A stretch of DNA of 64,000 bases from the NCBI RefSeq assembly GCF_036365525.1, contig NC_090376.1, forward strand, positions 54,783,317-54,847,316, written 5' to 3'. The position numbers were made by a program, and so were the translations under genes. Under the pieces are notes generated by a model. That model did no database searches, was not told the DNA's origin, and saw only the letters and a list, made by a program, of their open reading frames with translations. The stretch comes from Heterodontus francisci (lineage: Eukaryota). Of this stretch, positions 1-12,487 are shown piece by piece; the first letter of the stretch is position 1; every line of letters begins with the position of its first letter.

Positions 1-460
1 TCAAATTAAAGTTTTTTCATTTCAAATTGTAATTGTCTGTCTCTCTTATTCTGGTCTTTCTCTTGCCTTTTCCTCTCTTTCCTATTCTCTTCCCAGTTCC
101 AGTTGCTTCTTTTGTAACCGAATTCTAGCTAACTCAATCTGAGTGCTACCAAAATCACACTTATCCTCCTCAAAATTAAAATGCCAAGCAAACATTTCAA
201 TTTCTGCCCTTTTAGCTTTTGATTTTAAAGTAATCCCCATGTGCTCCGCTACAGCCTTTACCGCATCCACTATTAACTGTGTTAAGTCACTGAGAGCCAA
301 ATCTTTTCTCTCTGCTAAGGCTTGAGCATTAAAAGTATACATGCTGACTTTTCTTTATGAGTGCAGCAAAAATAATTGTGAAATCTTGTTCATTTAAATT
401 CTAGAGTTTACCCATTTTATAGCCTAATTATGAACGATTCGAATTCTGGACAAGTCCCCA
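1..460 (-). mobile_element. Ty3/Gypsy LTR retrotransposon internal region: tRNA-Pro-type PBS (443-460) and degraded gag N-terminus (ORF 82-342)
   Basis: Minus strand reads TAACA-AAT-TGGGGACTTGTCCAGAAT, a degenerate TGGGGGCTCGTCCGGGAT (tRNA-Pro PBS) just after an LTR-like CA end. The downstream ORF (LALSDLTQL...KAKRAEI...ELARIRLQKKQLEL) resembles vertebrate Gypsy Gag N-termini. Confidence 0.65.
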
Positions 461-463
461 ATT

Positions 464-2536
464 TGTTAAGACCTCAGTAGAGACCACTGACTTTAAAACA
501 AGAGATATGAACTTCCCAATGACCAATTAAAGACTCTCATAAGATTTTACTCAAGACTTTGATTATAACAATTAAACAAAAAAAAATTAACTAAACAGTA
601 CTAAATAGGTAGCTAATACACTAAATTACAGAGAAAGGTATTTCCCATAAACTCATCAACACACCACATTTATACATTATACAGTGTTCTCATCGAAAAG
701 ATTTCCTTGCAGTTAAAAGTCCCATTCTCCTCCCAGCTTCAGTGGGTTGGATCTCCCACTGTGCTTCTAAAAGCACAAGTCCTTTTTGTTTATTTCTTCT
801 GAGGACATTCATAGAATCATAGAAAGTTTAGGGCACAGAAAGAATCCACTTGACCCATTGTGTCAGTGCTGGCCGAAAAACGATCCACCAATTTTAATCC
901 CACCTTCCAGCATTTGGTTCATAGCCCTGCAGATTACTGCACTTGAGGTGTATATCCAGACTCCTTTCGAATGAGAAGAGGGTTTCTGCCTCAACTACCC
1001 TTTCAGGAAGTGAATTGCAGACCCCACTACCCTCTGGCTAAAAAAGTTTTTCCTCATCGCCCCTCTAATTTTTCTACCAATCACTTTAAATCTATGTCCC
1101 CTAGTCACTAACCTCTTTGCTAAAGGTGAATAGGCCCTTCACCTCCACTTTATCCAGGCCCCTCAAAATTTTGTACATTTCCATCAGATCTCCCCTCAGC
1201 CTTCTCTGTTCCAAGGAGAACAACCCCAGCCCATCCAATCTTTCCTCATAGCTGCATTTTTCCAATCCTGGCAACATCTTCATAAATCTCCTCTGTACCT
1301 TCTCTAGTGCAATTACATCCTTTCTGTAATGAGGTGACCAGAACCGCACACAGTACTCAAGTTGTGGCCTAACCAATGAGTTATACAGTTCCAGCATAAC
1401 CTCCCTGCTCTTATATTCCAAACCTCAGCTAATAAAGGAAAGGATTCCATACGCTTTCTTAACCACCTTATTGACCTGTCCTGCTACTTTCAGGGATCTG
1501 TGGACACTCGCTCCAAGGTCCCTTACTTCCTCTACATTTCTTAGTATTTTCCCATTAATCGTGTATTCCTTTGCCTTGTTTGACATCCCCAAATGCATCA
1601 CCTTACACTTCTCCAGGCTGAACTCCATTTGCCACTTTCCTGCCCATCTGACCAGACCATCAATATCTTCCTGCAGCCTACAACTATCCTCCTCGCTATC
1701 TACCACATGGCCAATTTTTGTGTCGTCTGCAAACTTTTTGATCATGCCCCCCACATTTGTGTCCAAATTGTTAATATATACCACAAAAAGCAGGGGACCC
1801 AGTATTGAGACCTGCGGAACGCCACTGGAAACAGCCCTCCAGTCACTGAAACACCCGTCAAAAATTACCCTTCGTTTCCTGCCACTGAGCCAATTTTGTA
1901 TCCACCTTGCTGTATTTCCCTGGATCCCATGGGATTTTATTTTTTTAAACCAGTCTGTCATGTGGGACCTTGTCAAAAGACTCGCTAAAATCCATGCAAC
2001 CCACATCAACTGCACTACCCTCATCTATCTTCCTTGATACTTCTTCAAAAAAATTTGATCAAGTTGGTCAAACAAGATCTTCCCTTAACAAATCCATGTT
2101 GACTGTCCTTGATTAACCTGTGCCTTTCTAAGTGACAGTTTATCCTGTGTCTCAGAATAGATTTCAATAATTTGCCCACTACTGAGGTTAGACTCACTGG
2201 CCTTTAATTATTCGGTATATCCCGGCTCCCTTTTTAAACAGAGGTAAACATTAGCAGTTCTCCAGTCCTCCAGCACCACACCTGCATCCAGTGAGGACTG
2301 GAAAATGATGGTCAGACCTTCTGTTATTTTCTCTCTTGCCTCTTTTAACAGCCTGGGGTACATGTTATCTGGCCCTGGTGATTTATCAACTTTCAAGGAT
2401 GCTAATCCCATCTGGATTCCTTGTTCTCATGGTAACCAAGACCCCTGGCTTGTCTCTGGGCAGAATTTGAGAGACATCGCATTTTTCCGAATGTCCATTT
2501 TACACTGCATTAAATGTAAAACATGACCGTACTACA
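464..2536 (-). mobile_element. 5' LTR of the Gypsy element, split by a CR1 insertion (LTR parts ~464-808 and ~2411-2536)
   Basis: TGTTAAG at 464 is adjacent to the PBS. Non-CR1 sequence resumes at 2411 and ends ...catgaccgtactaca (TG...CA termini). The right boundary is tentative. Confidence 0.45.
810..2410 (-). mobile_element. CR1 LINE, 5'-truncated, frameshifted RT
   Basis: ORFs 2208-2411, 1425-2024 and 1101-1421 give KSPGPD, SGVPQ, KFADDTK, RPQLEYC motifs. (TTCTATGA)n-type 3' tail at ~810. Confidence 0.95.
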
Positions 2537-2948
2537 AAGTCCATGCGTTTGTAACAGCAGGGAATGCGGAGAAATTTCTCAAATGTGTTCAGGTCAACTT
2601 CCTTGACCAGTATGTTCTCGGTCCAACTAGGAAGGAGGCAATGCTGGAGTTAATGCCAGGGAATGAGGTGGGCGAAGTGTCTGTGGGTGATCACTGTATC
2701 ATAAGTTTTAAAGTAATAATGGAGAAAAGAGCAAGGAACAATGTAAAGTAGAACTTCCAAACTGGAAGAGGGCAAATGTCAATGGGATGAGAGGAGATCT
2801 AGTCAGGGTAAAATGGAACAAAATATTGACAGAAAAAACTGTAACAGAACAATGGATGATCTTTAACAGGGAAATATTTCAAGTACAGGCTCGGCACATT
2901 CTAGCAAGGGCAATAAAGCCAGGGCTGCTTGGATGATGAGGGAGATAG

Positions 2949-3297
2949 ATTTTAGATTTTTAGATTTAGAGATACAGCACTGAAACAGGCCCATCGGCCC
3001 ACCGAGTCTGTGCCGACCATTAACCACCCATTTATACTAATCCTGCACTAATCCCATATTCCTACCACATCCTCACCTGTCCCTATATTCCCCTACCACC
3101 TACCTATACTAGTGGAAATTTATAATGGCCAATTCACCTATCAACCTGCAAGTCTTTTGGCTGTGGGAGGAAACCGGAGCACCCGGAGGAAACCCACGCA
3201 GACACAGGCACTTGCAAACTCCACACAGGCAGCACCCAGATTTGAACCCAGGTCGCTGGAGCTGTGAGGCTGCGGTGCTAACCACTGTGCCACTCCT
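2949..3297 (-). mobile_element. HE1-like tRNA-derived SINE
   Basis: Minus strand: tRNA-like head (GGCACAGTGGTTAGCACCGCAGCCTCACAGCTCCAG...GGTTCAAATC), conserved body, CR1-like tail and (TCTAAA)n end. Same family as 13921, 19175 and 49621. Confidence 0.9.
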
Positions 3298-3431
3298 GTG
3301 GACTTGATATATAGAGAATATAATGAAACAAAAAAAAAAGAGCATGTATTTAATGCATGTCAGGTGAACCATGCCAAATACCATAATTTGACAGGGCAAG
3401 TGAAGAGAAAATAAGATTGGCAAAGACAGAA

Positions 3432-5199
3432 TATAGGAGGAGTAGGCCATTCAGCCCATCGAGCCTGCCCCGCCATTCAATATCATCGCTGATCATCCAC
3501 TTCAATGCCCTTTTCCCCCACACTATCCTCATATCCCTGATGTCATTTGTATTTAGAAATCTGTCAATCTCTGCTTTCAACATATTCAATGACTGAGCTT
3601 CTATAGCCCTCTGGGGTAGAGAATTCCAAAGATTCAAAACCCTCTGAGTAAAGAAATTTCTCCTCATCTCTGTCCCAAGTGCCTTCCCCCTTATTTTGAA
3701 ATTGTGTCCCTGGTTCTAGACTCCCCAACCAGGGGAAATGTCTTAGCTGCATCTACCCTGTCTATCCCTTTAAGTATTTTGTAGGTTTCAATGAGATCGC
3801 AACTCATTCTTCGAAACTCTAGAGAATACAGGCCCAGTTTCCCCAATCTCTCTTCATAGGACAGTCCCGCCATCCCAGGAACAAGTCTGGTGAACCTTCG
3901 TTACATTCCCTCTATAGCAATAATATTCTTCCTAAGGTCAGGGGACCAAAACTGCACACAGTACTCCAAGTGCGGTCTAACCAAGGTTCTATACAATTGA
4001 AGCAAGACTTCATTACTCCTGTACTCAAATCCTCTTGCGATAAAGGCTAACATACCATTAGCCTACCTAATTGCTTGCTGCACTTGCATGTTAGCTTTCA
4101 GTGGCTTATTGACAAGGACACCCAGGTCGTTTTGTACATCTACACTTTCTAACCTCTTACCATTTAAGAAATATTCTGCACATCTGTTCCTCCTACCAAA
4201 GTGGATACCCTTACATTTTTTCACATTATACTCTATCTGCCATGTTCTTATCCACTCACTAAGTCTGTCCAAATCCCCTTGAAGCCGCTTTGCATTTTCC
4301 TCACAACACACATTCCCACTTAGTTGTGTGTCATCCGTTAACTTGGAAATACTACATTTGGTCCCCACATCCAAATCATTGATATATACTGTGAACAGCT
4401 GGGGCCCAAGCACTGATCCCTGCGGTACCCACTAGTCACAGCCTGCCAACGCAAGAATGACTCGTTTATTCCTACTCTCTGCTTTTTACCTGTTAACCAA
4501 TCCTTAATCCATGCCAGTATATTACCTCCTGTCCCATGTGCTTTAATTTTGCTAACCAATCTCTAGTGAGGGACTTTATCAAAAGCCTTCTGAAAATCCA
4601 AGTAGACTATGTCCACCGACTACCCTTTATCAGTTCTGTTGGTAACATCCTCAAAAAACTCCAACAGGTTCGCCAAACATGATTTCTCATTCATAAATGC
4701 ATGTTGACTATGCCCAATCAGATCATTATTAGGCAAGTATCCATTTATCACATCTGTTAGAATAGATTCTAACATTTTCCCTACTACTGATGTAAGGCTA
4801 ATAGGTCTGTAATTCTTTGTTTTCTCTCTCCCTCCCTTCTTAAATAGTGGGATGACATTTGCAACCTTCCAATCTGCAGGAATCGTTCCAGAATCTATAG
4901 AATTTTGGAAGATGATCACCAATGCATCCACTATCTCCATAGCTACCTCTTTCAACACTCTGGAATGTAGAATATCAGGTCCTGGGGACTTATCAACCTT
5001 CGCCCCCATTAATTTCTCCAATGCAACCTTCTTACTAATACTAATTTCCTTCAATTCCTCATTCCCCCTAATCCCTTGGATCTCTAATTCTGTGAGATTT
5101 CTTGTATCTTCCAGTGAAGACAGACACAAAGTAATCATTTAGCTTCTCTACCATTTCTCTATTCCTCATTATAAATTCTCCCGATTCTGACTATAGGAG
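3432..5199 (-). mobile_element. CR1 LINE (RT region) inserted into the plus-strand CR1, 8-bp TSD TATAGGAG
   Basis: ORFs 4620-5138, 4338-4559, 4063-4413, 3691-3873 and 3350-3667 are CR1 RT pieces. TATAGGAG occurs at 3432-3439 and 5192-5199. Confidence 0.93.
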
Positions 5200-6929
5200 A
5201 ATAGAATAGCAGTTAACATAAAAGGGAACTCAAAAATCTTCTCCCAGCAGGTAAACAGTAAGCAGGCAGTAGAGGTGGGTGGGGTTTATTAGGGACAAAG
5301 AAGGTGATACATATGCTTAGAGGCGCAGGACAAGGCAAGAATACTAAATGAGCACTTTGCATTGGTGTTTACTAAGGAAGAGGATGCTGACAAAATATCA
5401 GTAGAAGTGGAGGTGGTAGAGATCATGGATGGGGTGAAAACTGATAGCAAGAATGTTCTAGAAAGGTTGGCTGTGCTTAAGAGTCATTAAGTTACCTGGT
5501 CCAGATGCCTTGCATCCCAGGTTGCTAAAGGAAGTGGGAGTGGAGATAGTGGAAGGGCTTGCCATAATCTTCCAATGTTCCCTAGATATGGGGGAGGTGC
5601 CAAAGTATTGGAGAGTGGCAATCTCTTACTCAAGAAAGGGTGTAAGGACATTCTTAGTAACTATAGGCTGGTCAGTTTATCAGGAGTGGGTAAGGTGTTA
5701 GAAACAATAATCAGAGAAAAAAATATTAACAGGCACTTGAAGAGTTTTGAGTTAATTAAGGAGAGCCAGCACGGATTTGTAAAGGCAGATCGTGCTTGAC
5801 TAATCAAACTGAATTCTTTGATGAAGTAACAGAGAAGGTTGATGAAGGGAAAGCAATGGATGTCATCTATATGGATTTTAAGCAAGTGTTTGACAAAGTA
5901 CCACATAAATGGCTGGTTAACAAAATTGAAGCTCATGGAATTAGAGGGTCAGTGTCAGCTTGGTTGAAAATTGACTTAAGGACAGAAAATGGTGGATCAT
6001 GGTAAATGGTTGTTTTTCAGACTGGAGGATGGTAGACAGTGGTATCCCCCAAGGGTCAGTGCCTTTTTTTGATAAACATAAATTACTTGGATATTGGAAC
6101 ACAGAGTAAAATTTCGAAATTTGCGAATGAGGTATGGCAGACAGTGAGGATGATACCAATCGACTGCAACAGGACATACAGAATAGCAGAATGGGCAGAC
6201 AAGTAGCAGATGGAATTTAATACAGAGAAGTGTGAGGTGATGCATTTTGGCAGAAGAAATAGAGGTACTGAGTACAAAAGCAGGGAAGTTATGCTGAACC
6301 TTTATAAAGCTCTGACTAGGCCACAATTAGAAAGTTACATCCAGTTCTGGACACCACACTTTAGGAAGGATCTGAGGGTTCTTGAGAGGGTGAAAGTAGA
6401 TTTACTAGAATGGTCCCAGGAATGAGGGATTTTAGCTACAAGGCTAGGTTGGAAAAGCTGTATTTGTTCTCCTTAGAACAAAAGGATATAGAAGGGAGAT
6501 TTAATATAATTATGACAGGCTTAGATAAGTTAGACAAGGAAAAACTGTTCCCATTAACTAATAGTATAAGGACTAGAGGACACAGATTGAAGGTTTTGGG
6601 CAAGAGATGCAGGGGAATATGAGGAAGAATTTTTTTGTGCAATGGGTGGTTATGACCTGGAACTCGCTGCCTAAAAGGGTCATGGAAGCAGAGACAACCA
6701 ATGACTTCAAAAGGAAATTGCAAGGCTACGGGGATTGAGCAGGCAAGTGGGACTGACTGAATAGCTCCATGGAGAGTTAGTATGGACACGTTAGCCGAAT
6801 GGCCTCCTTCTGTGCCGTAAATGACTCTGACTCTAACATTGTGATTAAACAGGAGTCATAGAGTTTGAATTGCAACTTATGTTTGAGACCACAGTTGAAT
6901 AATACCGTTGAATTAAAAACACAACTTAC

Positions 6930-7054
6930 CAAAGCCATCGATATCCAAGTTATTATTAACAACAACATCTAAAAGAGAATCGCCTAAATTTCCTTCTGCT
7001 CTAAGTCTCTCCCCATCACGGTTAATAAAATCGACTGTCACTTTATCTTTTGAA
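6930..7054 (-). CDS. FDX1: Ferredoxin 1 (adrenodoxin) exon 2, 125 nt, phase 2 in / phase 1 out
   Basis: Acceptor tttgttctcattttgcag| and donor |gtaagt. Translates (S)[41 protein letters not shown](G), matching human adrenodoxin [43 protein letters not shown]. Confidence 0.97.
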
Positions 7055-8479
7055 CTGCAAAATGAGAACAAATACAAAATAGGTAGGTTTGCTTTGCTGG
7101 CTGAAGTTAAATGAATGACTTATTTTTCACTGACACCAAGTGGAAAGATGCTAACATACATCAACTGAACGGAATTTGTAAAATGTTATAGTAGAGGTTT
7201 AAATGATAAAACAGCATTAAATAAATATTAATATTGAAGGAATTTTGAAGATAAAAATCTTCAAGGTAGCTTTCACCAATAAATCATAAAAACCTTTGTA
7301 GAATTTCAACTTATAACCTTGGAGTTTTAGAAAAACAGTTGTTTTACTGAACACATGAATGAAAGCAATGAAAGAGCTTCACATTACTGAATGCCACCCA
7401 GAAAAGAAAACAGGGAGAAAAAAAAATCAACTGGCTTGTCACTCTTGATGATCCAGCAATTCTTGTGGGAAGAGCATGCACATACCTTAGGTGGGGAAAG
7501 GATCAGGCTTTGCTGTGATATCCTGTGGGAAAACAGCACTCTGACACTCACTGTCAATGCACACACAAATAATAGCCACTTGGATAAAGTACCAGAAATT
7601 AACCATTGCACCTATAAATATTTTTTTAAATGGACTCGAAGCCTACGGGAAAGCAGTGGAGGGGACAAAAGTTGGCAGATCTTTCCAGGCTTATGAAAAA
7701 CATATGTTGGCCTAAGGAATAAATACCACAATGATATTAACTCTATCCACTTGGATGTGACCGGTGTGGTAGCAGCTTGAAAATTGAAGAGATGTACTTA
7801 ACAGCCTGTTCCCACCGCTGCCATTTCGGTTGGGATTTCTGAATGGGTCATCCAGACATCCATTTGTTTCATGCTGGAGCCTAATTCCAATATCCTGGTT
7901 GGTGTTCTATATCATACAAAGGACCCAGACACAATTTTGAGGTAACAATGGGCGAAGCCTGCATCACGCATACCTTACCCATTGATCCATTGATACAGGA
8001 CGTCGAGCAGCCTTGTCAGTGGTCCATAAAGGGGCAACTGCAGGCTGCTTCTGAACAGTTTTTTTTTTAAATTTGTGGGGTCAGGAGCAGCATTAATGCT
8101 GGCACATCCAACCTTTCTCACAGATAAAATTTCCAGCTGAACTCTGTCAGAGCCAACAGAAATCTCACCCCCTGACCACCAAGCTGCTCACTGGGAATAT
8201 GGAAATGATACTTGGGCCTCACATCGAATACACCGCCCACAAAATGCCCACCCAGGATGTAAAATCGACATAGATGTATCATATTTTAATAATGGTGGTT
8301 GCTTTCTGGCAAATTGTAAATTTGGGGAGGAGTTAAGGGATGAAATTACAGGTGCCAATTGTTGTTTAGTAAGTAAGAGTGGTGACGAGAACTAGACACA
8401 TTATCTGATATATATCCAAGTGAAGAGTGTGAAGACACGAAAACAGCAAATCGAGGGAGTCAGGATAAGATCTGAGGAC

Positions 8480-8815
8480 TGTGGAAAGCCTTATGTGGTG
8501 TACCTAGGCTTCCAAAATAGTATTTCACAAAGTTCCACACAAGGGGCTGAGTTCAGAATGGTGGTAATTCAGGATACATCTCGGGAATGGATAAGAAGTT
8601 AGCTGAAGGGTAAAATAAAGGTAGTTATGTCAAGGTGAGGAGAATTGCTTAGTTGAGTGTCACAATGATTGCTGTTGACACCACTGCTGTCGCTATTTTA
8701 CACTGAGCAGGATTCTGAAACTTTAAAGGGTTGTTGATTGAATTAAAGAAAGCATAAACACTGACGGACCAGTTGGACTAAATGGCCTGCTTCTGTGCTG
8801 TAAATCCTATGAACT
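8480..8815 (+). mobile_element. Highly degraded CR1 fragments
   Basis: Remnants of VVYLDFQKAFDKVPH and GVPQGSVL coding sequence, plus a CR1 3' tail (ggactaaatggcctgcttctgtgctgtaaatcctatg). Confidence 0.55.
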
Positions 8816-9639
8816 TTCAATGGCTGAAAGTGTATATAAAGAACATGTATATGATTTTGCTCTAAATAGTGAACATTAAAACTTTTGGCTTTAAGATTTG
8901 CTGTTGAACAGCAGATCATCAGGAAAGAGATTATTAAAATAGGTTTTTTTTTTTAGGGGACTGGGAATAATACCAATGTTGAGATTGAATTGTTTCAGAT
9001 AGATTAAAATGTAACATTGTCTATGACAAGGGCACATTGCAGGTTGCAGGGCAATTTATCTAATAATTACAATTTGCTACACCTCAGTGGGAACCACTAC
9101 TAGTGGTTGTTTCTATTAGTTTAAAAACACTGTTAACCCATCATTAGTACTTCCTGCCTAAATTTAAATAAGCTTAAATATGTACTATGTCTTTAAAAGA
9201 GTACAGAAATACAATTTACATCTGTAAAATTCTGTCTTCAGATTATTAATTGAAAGTTGCTAGTCCTTTTTATTCAGCCTCCATGCCCCATCTTGGTTAA
9301 ATTAATTCCCAGAGACGTGCCCCTATACACATACTACTATGTAAATTGGTTCATTAGCAAAGGGGTCAGATTAAAAAATTGTACATCTTCATATCAACTT
9401 CATTTTGAGATGGCACAAAAATGAAAACATGCAGTCAAGAACTTCAAATAAATTTCCCTTTTTCACTAGCTCTGTATATGTTGGACATTATATTTTCTCT
9501 TTATTATACCATATTTTCATCATTTTCCTCTAACAATAAGAGCCCCCACTTGCTCAAAGCACCAAGATTGCTTTGCCAAAATCCTGAATGCGATCCTTTG
9601 TGACTGTGCATTATCCTGCCTTGTACACCTCAAATTTGT

Positions 9640-10265
9640 CATAGTATTTGATGAAGTTGACTAAACTTTTCTCATCCACTGTCCAAAAAAAGTGGTTTCA
9701 TACTTAGCTGTTCAAAGCCAGCCAGCACATCACCAGCAGTAGCTTTCTTCCCTGCACCATCAATTATGATGTTCCTTAAATGATCTATCTTTGGACTCCT
9801 CCACTGTATGCTCCCCCTGGGCAACATGGTCTGCTAGCATGGGGTCAGCTTCCACAAGCATGTAGGGGATGCCCAAATCCCACCACTTACCTCAAACCTA
9901 CAATCACCTCAGCTGTGTCAGATTGCCTGCCCAGCATCGTCATAGATGAATTAAAATTAGTTCCAAATAAACAAATTGGGAAGATCAAAGCTAGTCTTTG
10001 GCTCGCATCATAAGAATGGCTCCCTTGTCACTAACTCTATCCCCCTCCCCGGTCACTAGTTCAGGCAGAAATAGGCTGCAAAAATGGTATCCTGTTCGAC
10101 CTAGAAATAAGCTTCAAGCCCCATGCCTTACTGGACGCCATGGACAAATATTTCCATCCCTGCAACACCGCTTTCTTCCAAATATACCTCAACTTCACTG
10201 TCACTTATCCATATTTCTGTCATCTCTAGATTCTAATGTCTTCATTGCTGGACCACCATTTCCAC
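9640..10265 (+). mobile_element. Degraded L2-clade LINE RT fragment
   Basis: Decayed YMLPLG..HGVSFH.YADD..LSDCL..WM..NFLQLN.GKT-type sequence at 9805-10000. Confidence 0.6.
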
Positions 10266-10274
10266 ATCACAAAA

Positions 10275-11392
10275 TCATCAAATGATACAGCACGGGGGGC
10301 TGGTATTCAGTACACTGTGCCTGCTCTTTACACGATCCATGTAATTTTCTTCCCTTTGAGTATTTATTCAATTCCCTTTTGAAAGTTATTATTGAATCTG
10401 CTTCTACCAGCCTTCCATTCCAGATTATAACAACTGTGTGAAAAAATTTTTACAACATGTCACCTCTGGTTCTTTTGCCAATCACTTTAAATCTGTGTCC
10501 TCTGATTACGGTCCTTTCTACCACTGGAAACAGTTTCTCCTTATTTACTCTGTCAAAACCATTCATGATTTTGAACACTTCTATCAAAATTTCTCTTGAC
10601 CTTCCCTGCTCTAGGGAGAAAACCCTCTGTTTCACAAGATCGTTACAGTGCAGAAGGAGGCCATTCGGCCCATCATGTCTTCACTGGTTCTCCGAAAGAG
10701 CAATTCCCTCAGTTCCACTCCCCTGCCTTCTCCTCATAACCCTGCACATTCTTCCTTTTCATATAACTGTCTAATTCCCTTTTGAATGCTTCAATTGAAC
10801 CCGCCTCCACCTCGTTCTCAGGCAGCACATTCCATACCTTAACCATTCGCTGCATGAAAAAGTTTTTCTTCATGCCACTTTTGCTTTTCTTATCAAATAT
10901 TTTAAATCTGTGCCCTCTCATTCTCGATCCTTTCAAGAGTGGGAACAGTTTCTCTCTATCTGCTCTGTCCAAACCCCTCATGCTTTTGAATACCTCTATC
11001 AAATCACCTCTCAGCCTTCTTTTCTCCAAGGAAAACAGTCCTAACTTCTCCAATCTATCTTCATAACTGAAATTCCTCATCCCTGGAACCATTCTTGTGA
11101 ATCTCTTCTGTACTCTCTCCAATGCCTTCTTGTCTTTCCTCAAGTGCGTCGCCCAGAACTGGAGGCAATACTCCAGCTGAGGCCAAACTAGTGTCTTATA
11201 CAAGTTTCACCAGTCTCGTCACATAACTGAAGTCCCTCATCCCTGCTCCCATCCTAGTAAATCTCCTCTACACCCTCTCTAAAGCCTTGACATCCTTTCT
11301 AACATGTGGTGTCCAGAGTTGAACACAGTATCCAGCTGAGGCCTAAGCAGCAATTTAAAAAGATTTGGCATGGCCTCCTTTCTTGTATCCTT
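10275..11392 (-). mobile_element. CR1 3' fragment with a younger CR1 3' fragment (10636-11203) nested inside, 7-bp TSD GTTTCAC
   Basis: ORFs 10450-10635 and 10709-11203 are CR1 RT C-termini. GTTTCAC occurs at 10629-10635 and 11204-11210. Confidence 0.9.
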
Positions 11393-11394
11393 TG

Positions 11395-11760
11395 TGGGGG
11401 GAATTTTAATCCCCCAAAAACAGGTGAGTTTGGTTTGTGTGGGAGCTTAAAATGCTAAAAATCTGAAACATGAACACAACCTGCCTCAAAAATGCCCAGT
11501 TCCAGATTTAACGGAAGTGGGATGAGGGGCAGGTGACCAATCTGCTTGCAGCAAGTGGGTTTGTCATTTAAATATTTTAAAAAGGCTGCGTGCTTTCATT
11601 TTAACAGGGCTCCGGAAACCCAGGTGAGAAGGGCTGAATCCTTTACAGGATTGTCTGTGGGCCAAGAGGAATAGGCATGTAACCTCCAGGCCCAACAGGC
11701 TATCTCGTTAAATCACCACCCACCTCCCTGACCTATTTCCAGGTTTCCCGACATCACAAC
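11395..11760 (+). repeat. Non-autonomous DNA-transposon-like repeat (GGGGnAATTTTAA terminus)
   Basis: Related sequence in opposite orientation at ~63270-63633, ending ttaaaattacccc. Confidence 0.45.
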
Positions 11761-11829
11761 AGCAACCCATTCCTACCCCACCTCCAAACTAATATACAGC
11801 CCTCTGCCTCTGCTAATAAAGATTTTTTT

Positions 11830-12487
11830 GAGAGGGCGAGCGGGGGGGGAAGAAAGGGTGAGAGGGCGAGTGAGGGAGGGAGAGGGGGCTGGAGCGAGGA
11901 AGGGGGAGGGCGAGCGAGAGAGAGAGGGCGAGCGAGAGAGAGAGGGCGAGCGAGAGAGAGAGGGCGAGCGAGAGAGAGAGGGCGAGCGAGAGAGAGAGGG
12001 CGAGCGAGAGAGAGAGGGCGAGCGAGAGAGAGAGGGCGAGCGAGAGAGAGAGGGCGAGCGAGAGAGAGAGGGCGAGCGAGAGAGAGAGGGCGAGCGAGAG
12101 AGAGAGGGCGAGCGAGAGAGAGAGGGCGAGCGAGAGAGAGAGGGCGAGCGAGAGAGGGCGAGCGAGAGAGAGAGGGCGAGCGAGAGAGAGAGGGCGAGCG
12201 AGAGAGAGAGGGCGAGCGAGAGAGAGAGGGCGAGCGAGAGAGAGAGGGCGAGCGAGAGAGAGAGGGCGAGCGAGAGAGAGAGGGCGAGCGAGCGAGAGAG
12301 GGCGAGCGAGAGAGAGAGGGCGAGCGAGGGAGCGAGGGCGAGCGAGGGAGCGAGAGAGGGCGAGCGAGCGAGGGAGCGAGAGAGGGCGAGCGAGCGAGGG
12401 AGCGAGAGAGGGCGAGCGAGCGAGGGAGCGAGAGAGGGCGAGCGAGCGAGGGAGCGAGAGAGGGCGAGCGAGCGAGGGAAGAGAGGG
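11830..12487. repeat. GA/GC-rich compound minisatellite (18-bp GGGCGAGCGAGAGAGAGA grading into a 26-bp unit)
   Basis: Directly visible tandem array, with no T on the plus strand from ~11891 onward. It explains the spurious SLARP/EREG ORFs. Confidence 0.97.

Larger units (their letters stand above)
2555..6834 (+). mobile_element. Old degraded CR1 LINE hosting a SINE and an antisense CR1
   Basis: Fragments of late APE/RT (MHPRLLKEV, NYRLVSL, DVIYMDFKQVFDKVPH, MEFNTEKCEVMHFG) are collinear across two insertions. 3' end gaatggcctccttctgtgccgtaaatgactctgactct. Confidence 0.9.

Noticed and set aside
1471-2037. Many 60-220 aa ORFs antisense to CR1 copies (here and throughout)
   Set aside because: Recurrent shadow frames of LINE RT sequence, with no independent evidence of coding.
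7486-7522. 37-nt exon-like segment (ttttcccacag|...|gtatgt) in FDX1 intron 1
   Set aside because: Inclusion would frameshift exon 2 and it has no FDX1 similarity. At most a poison or pseudo-exon.
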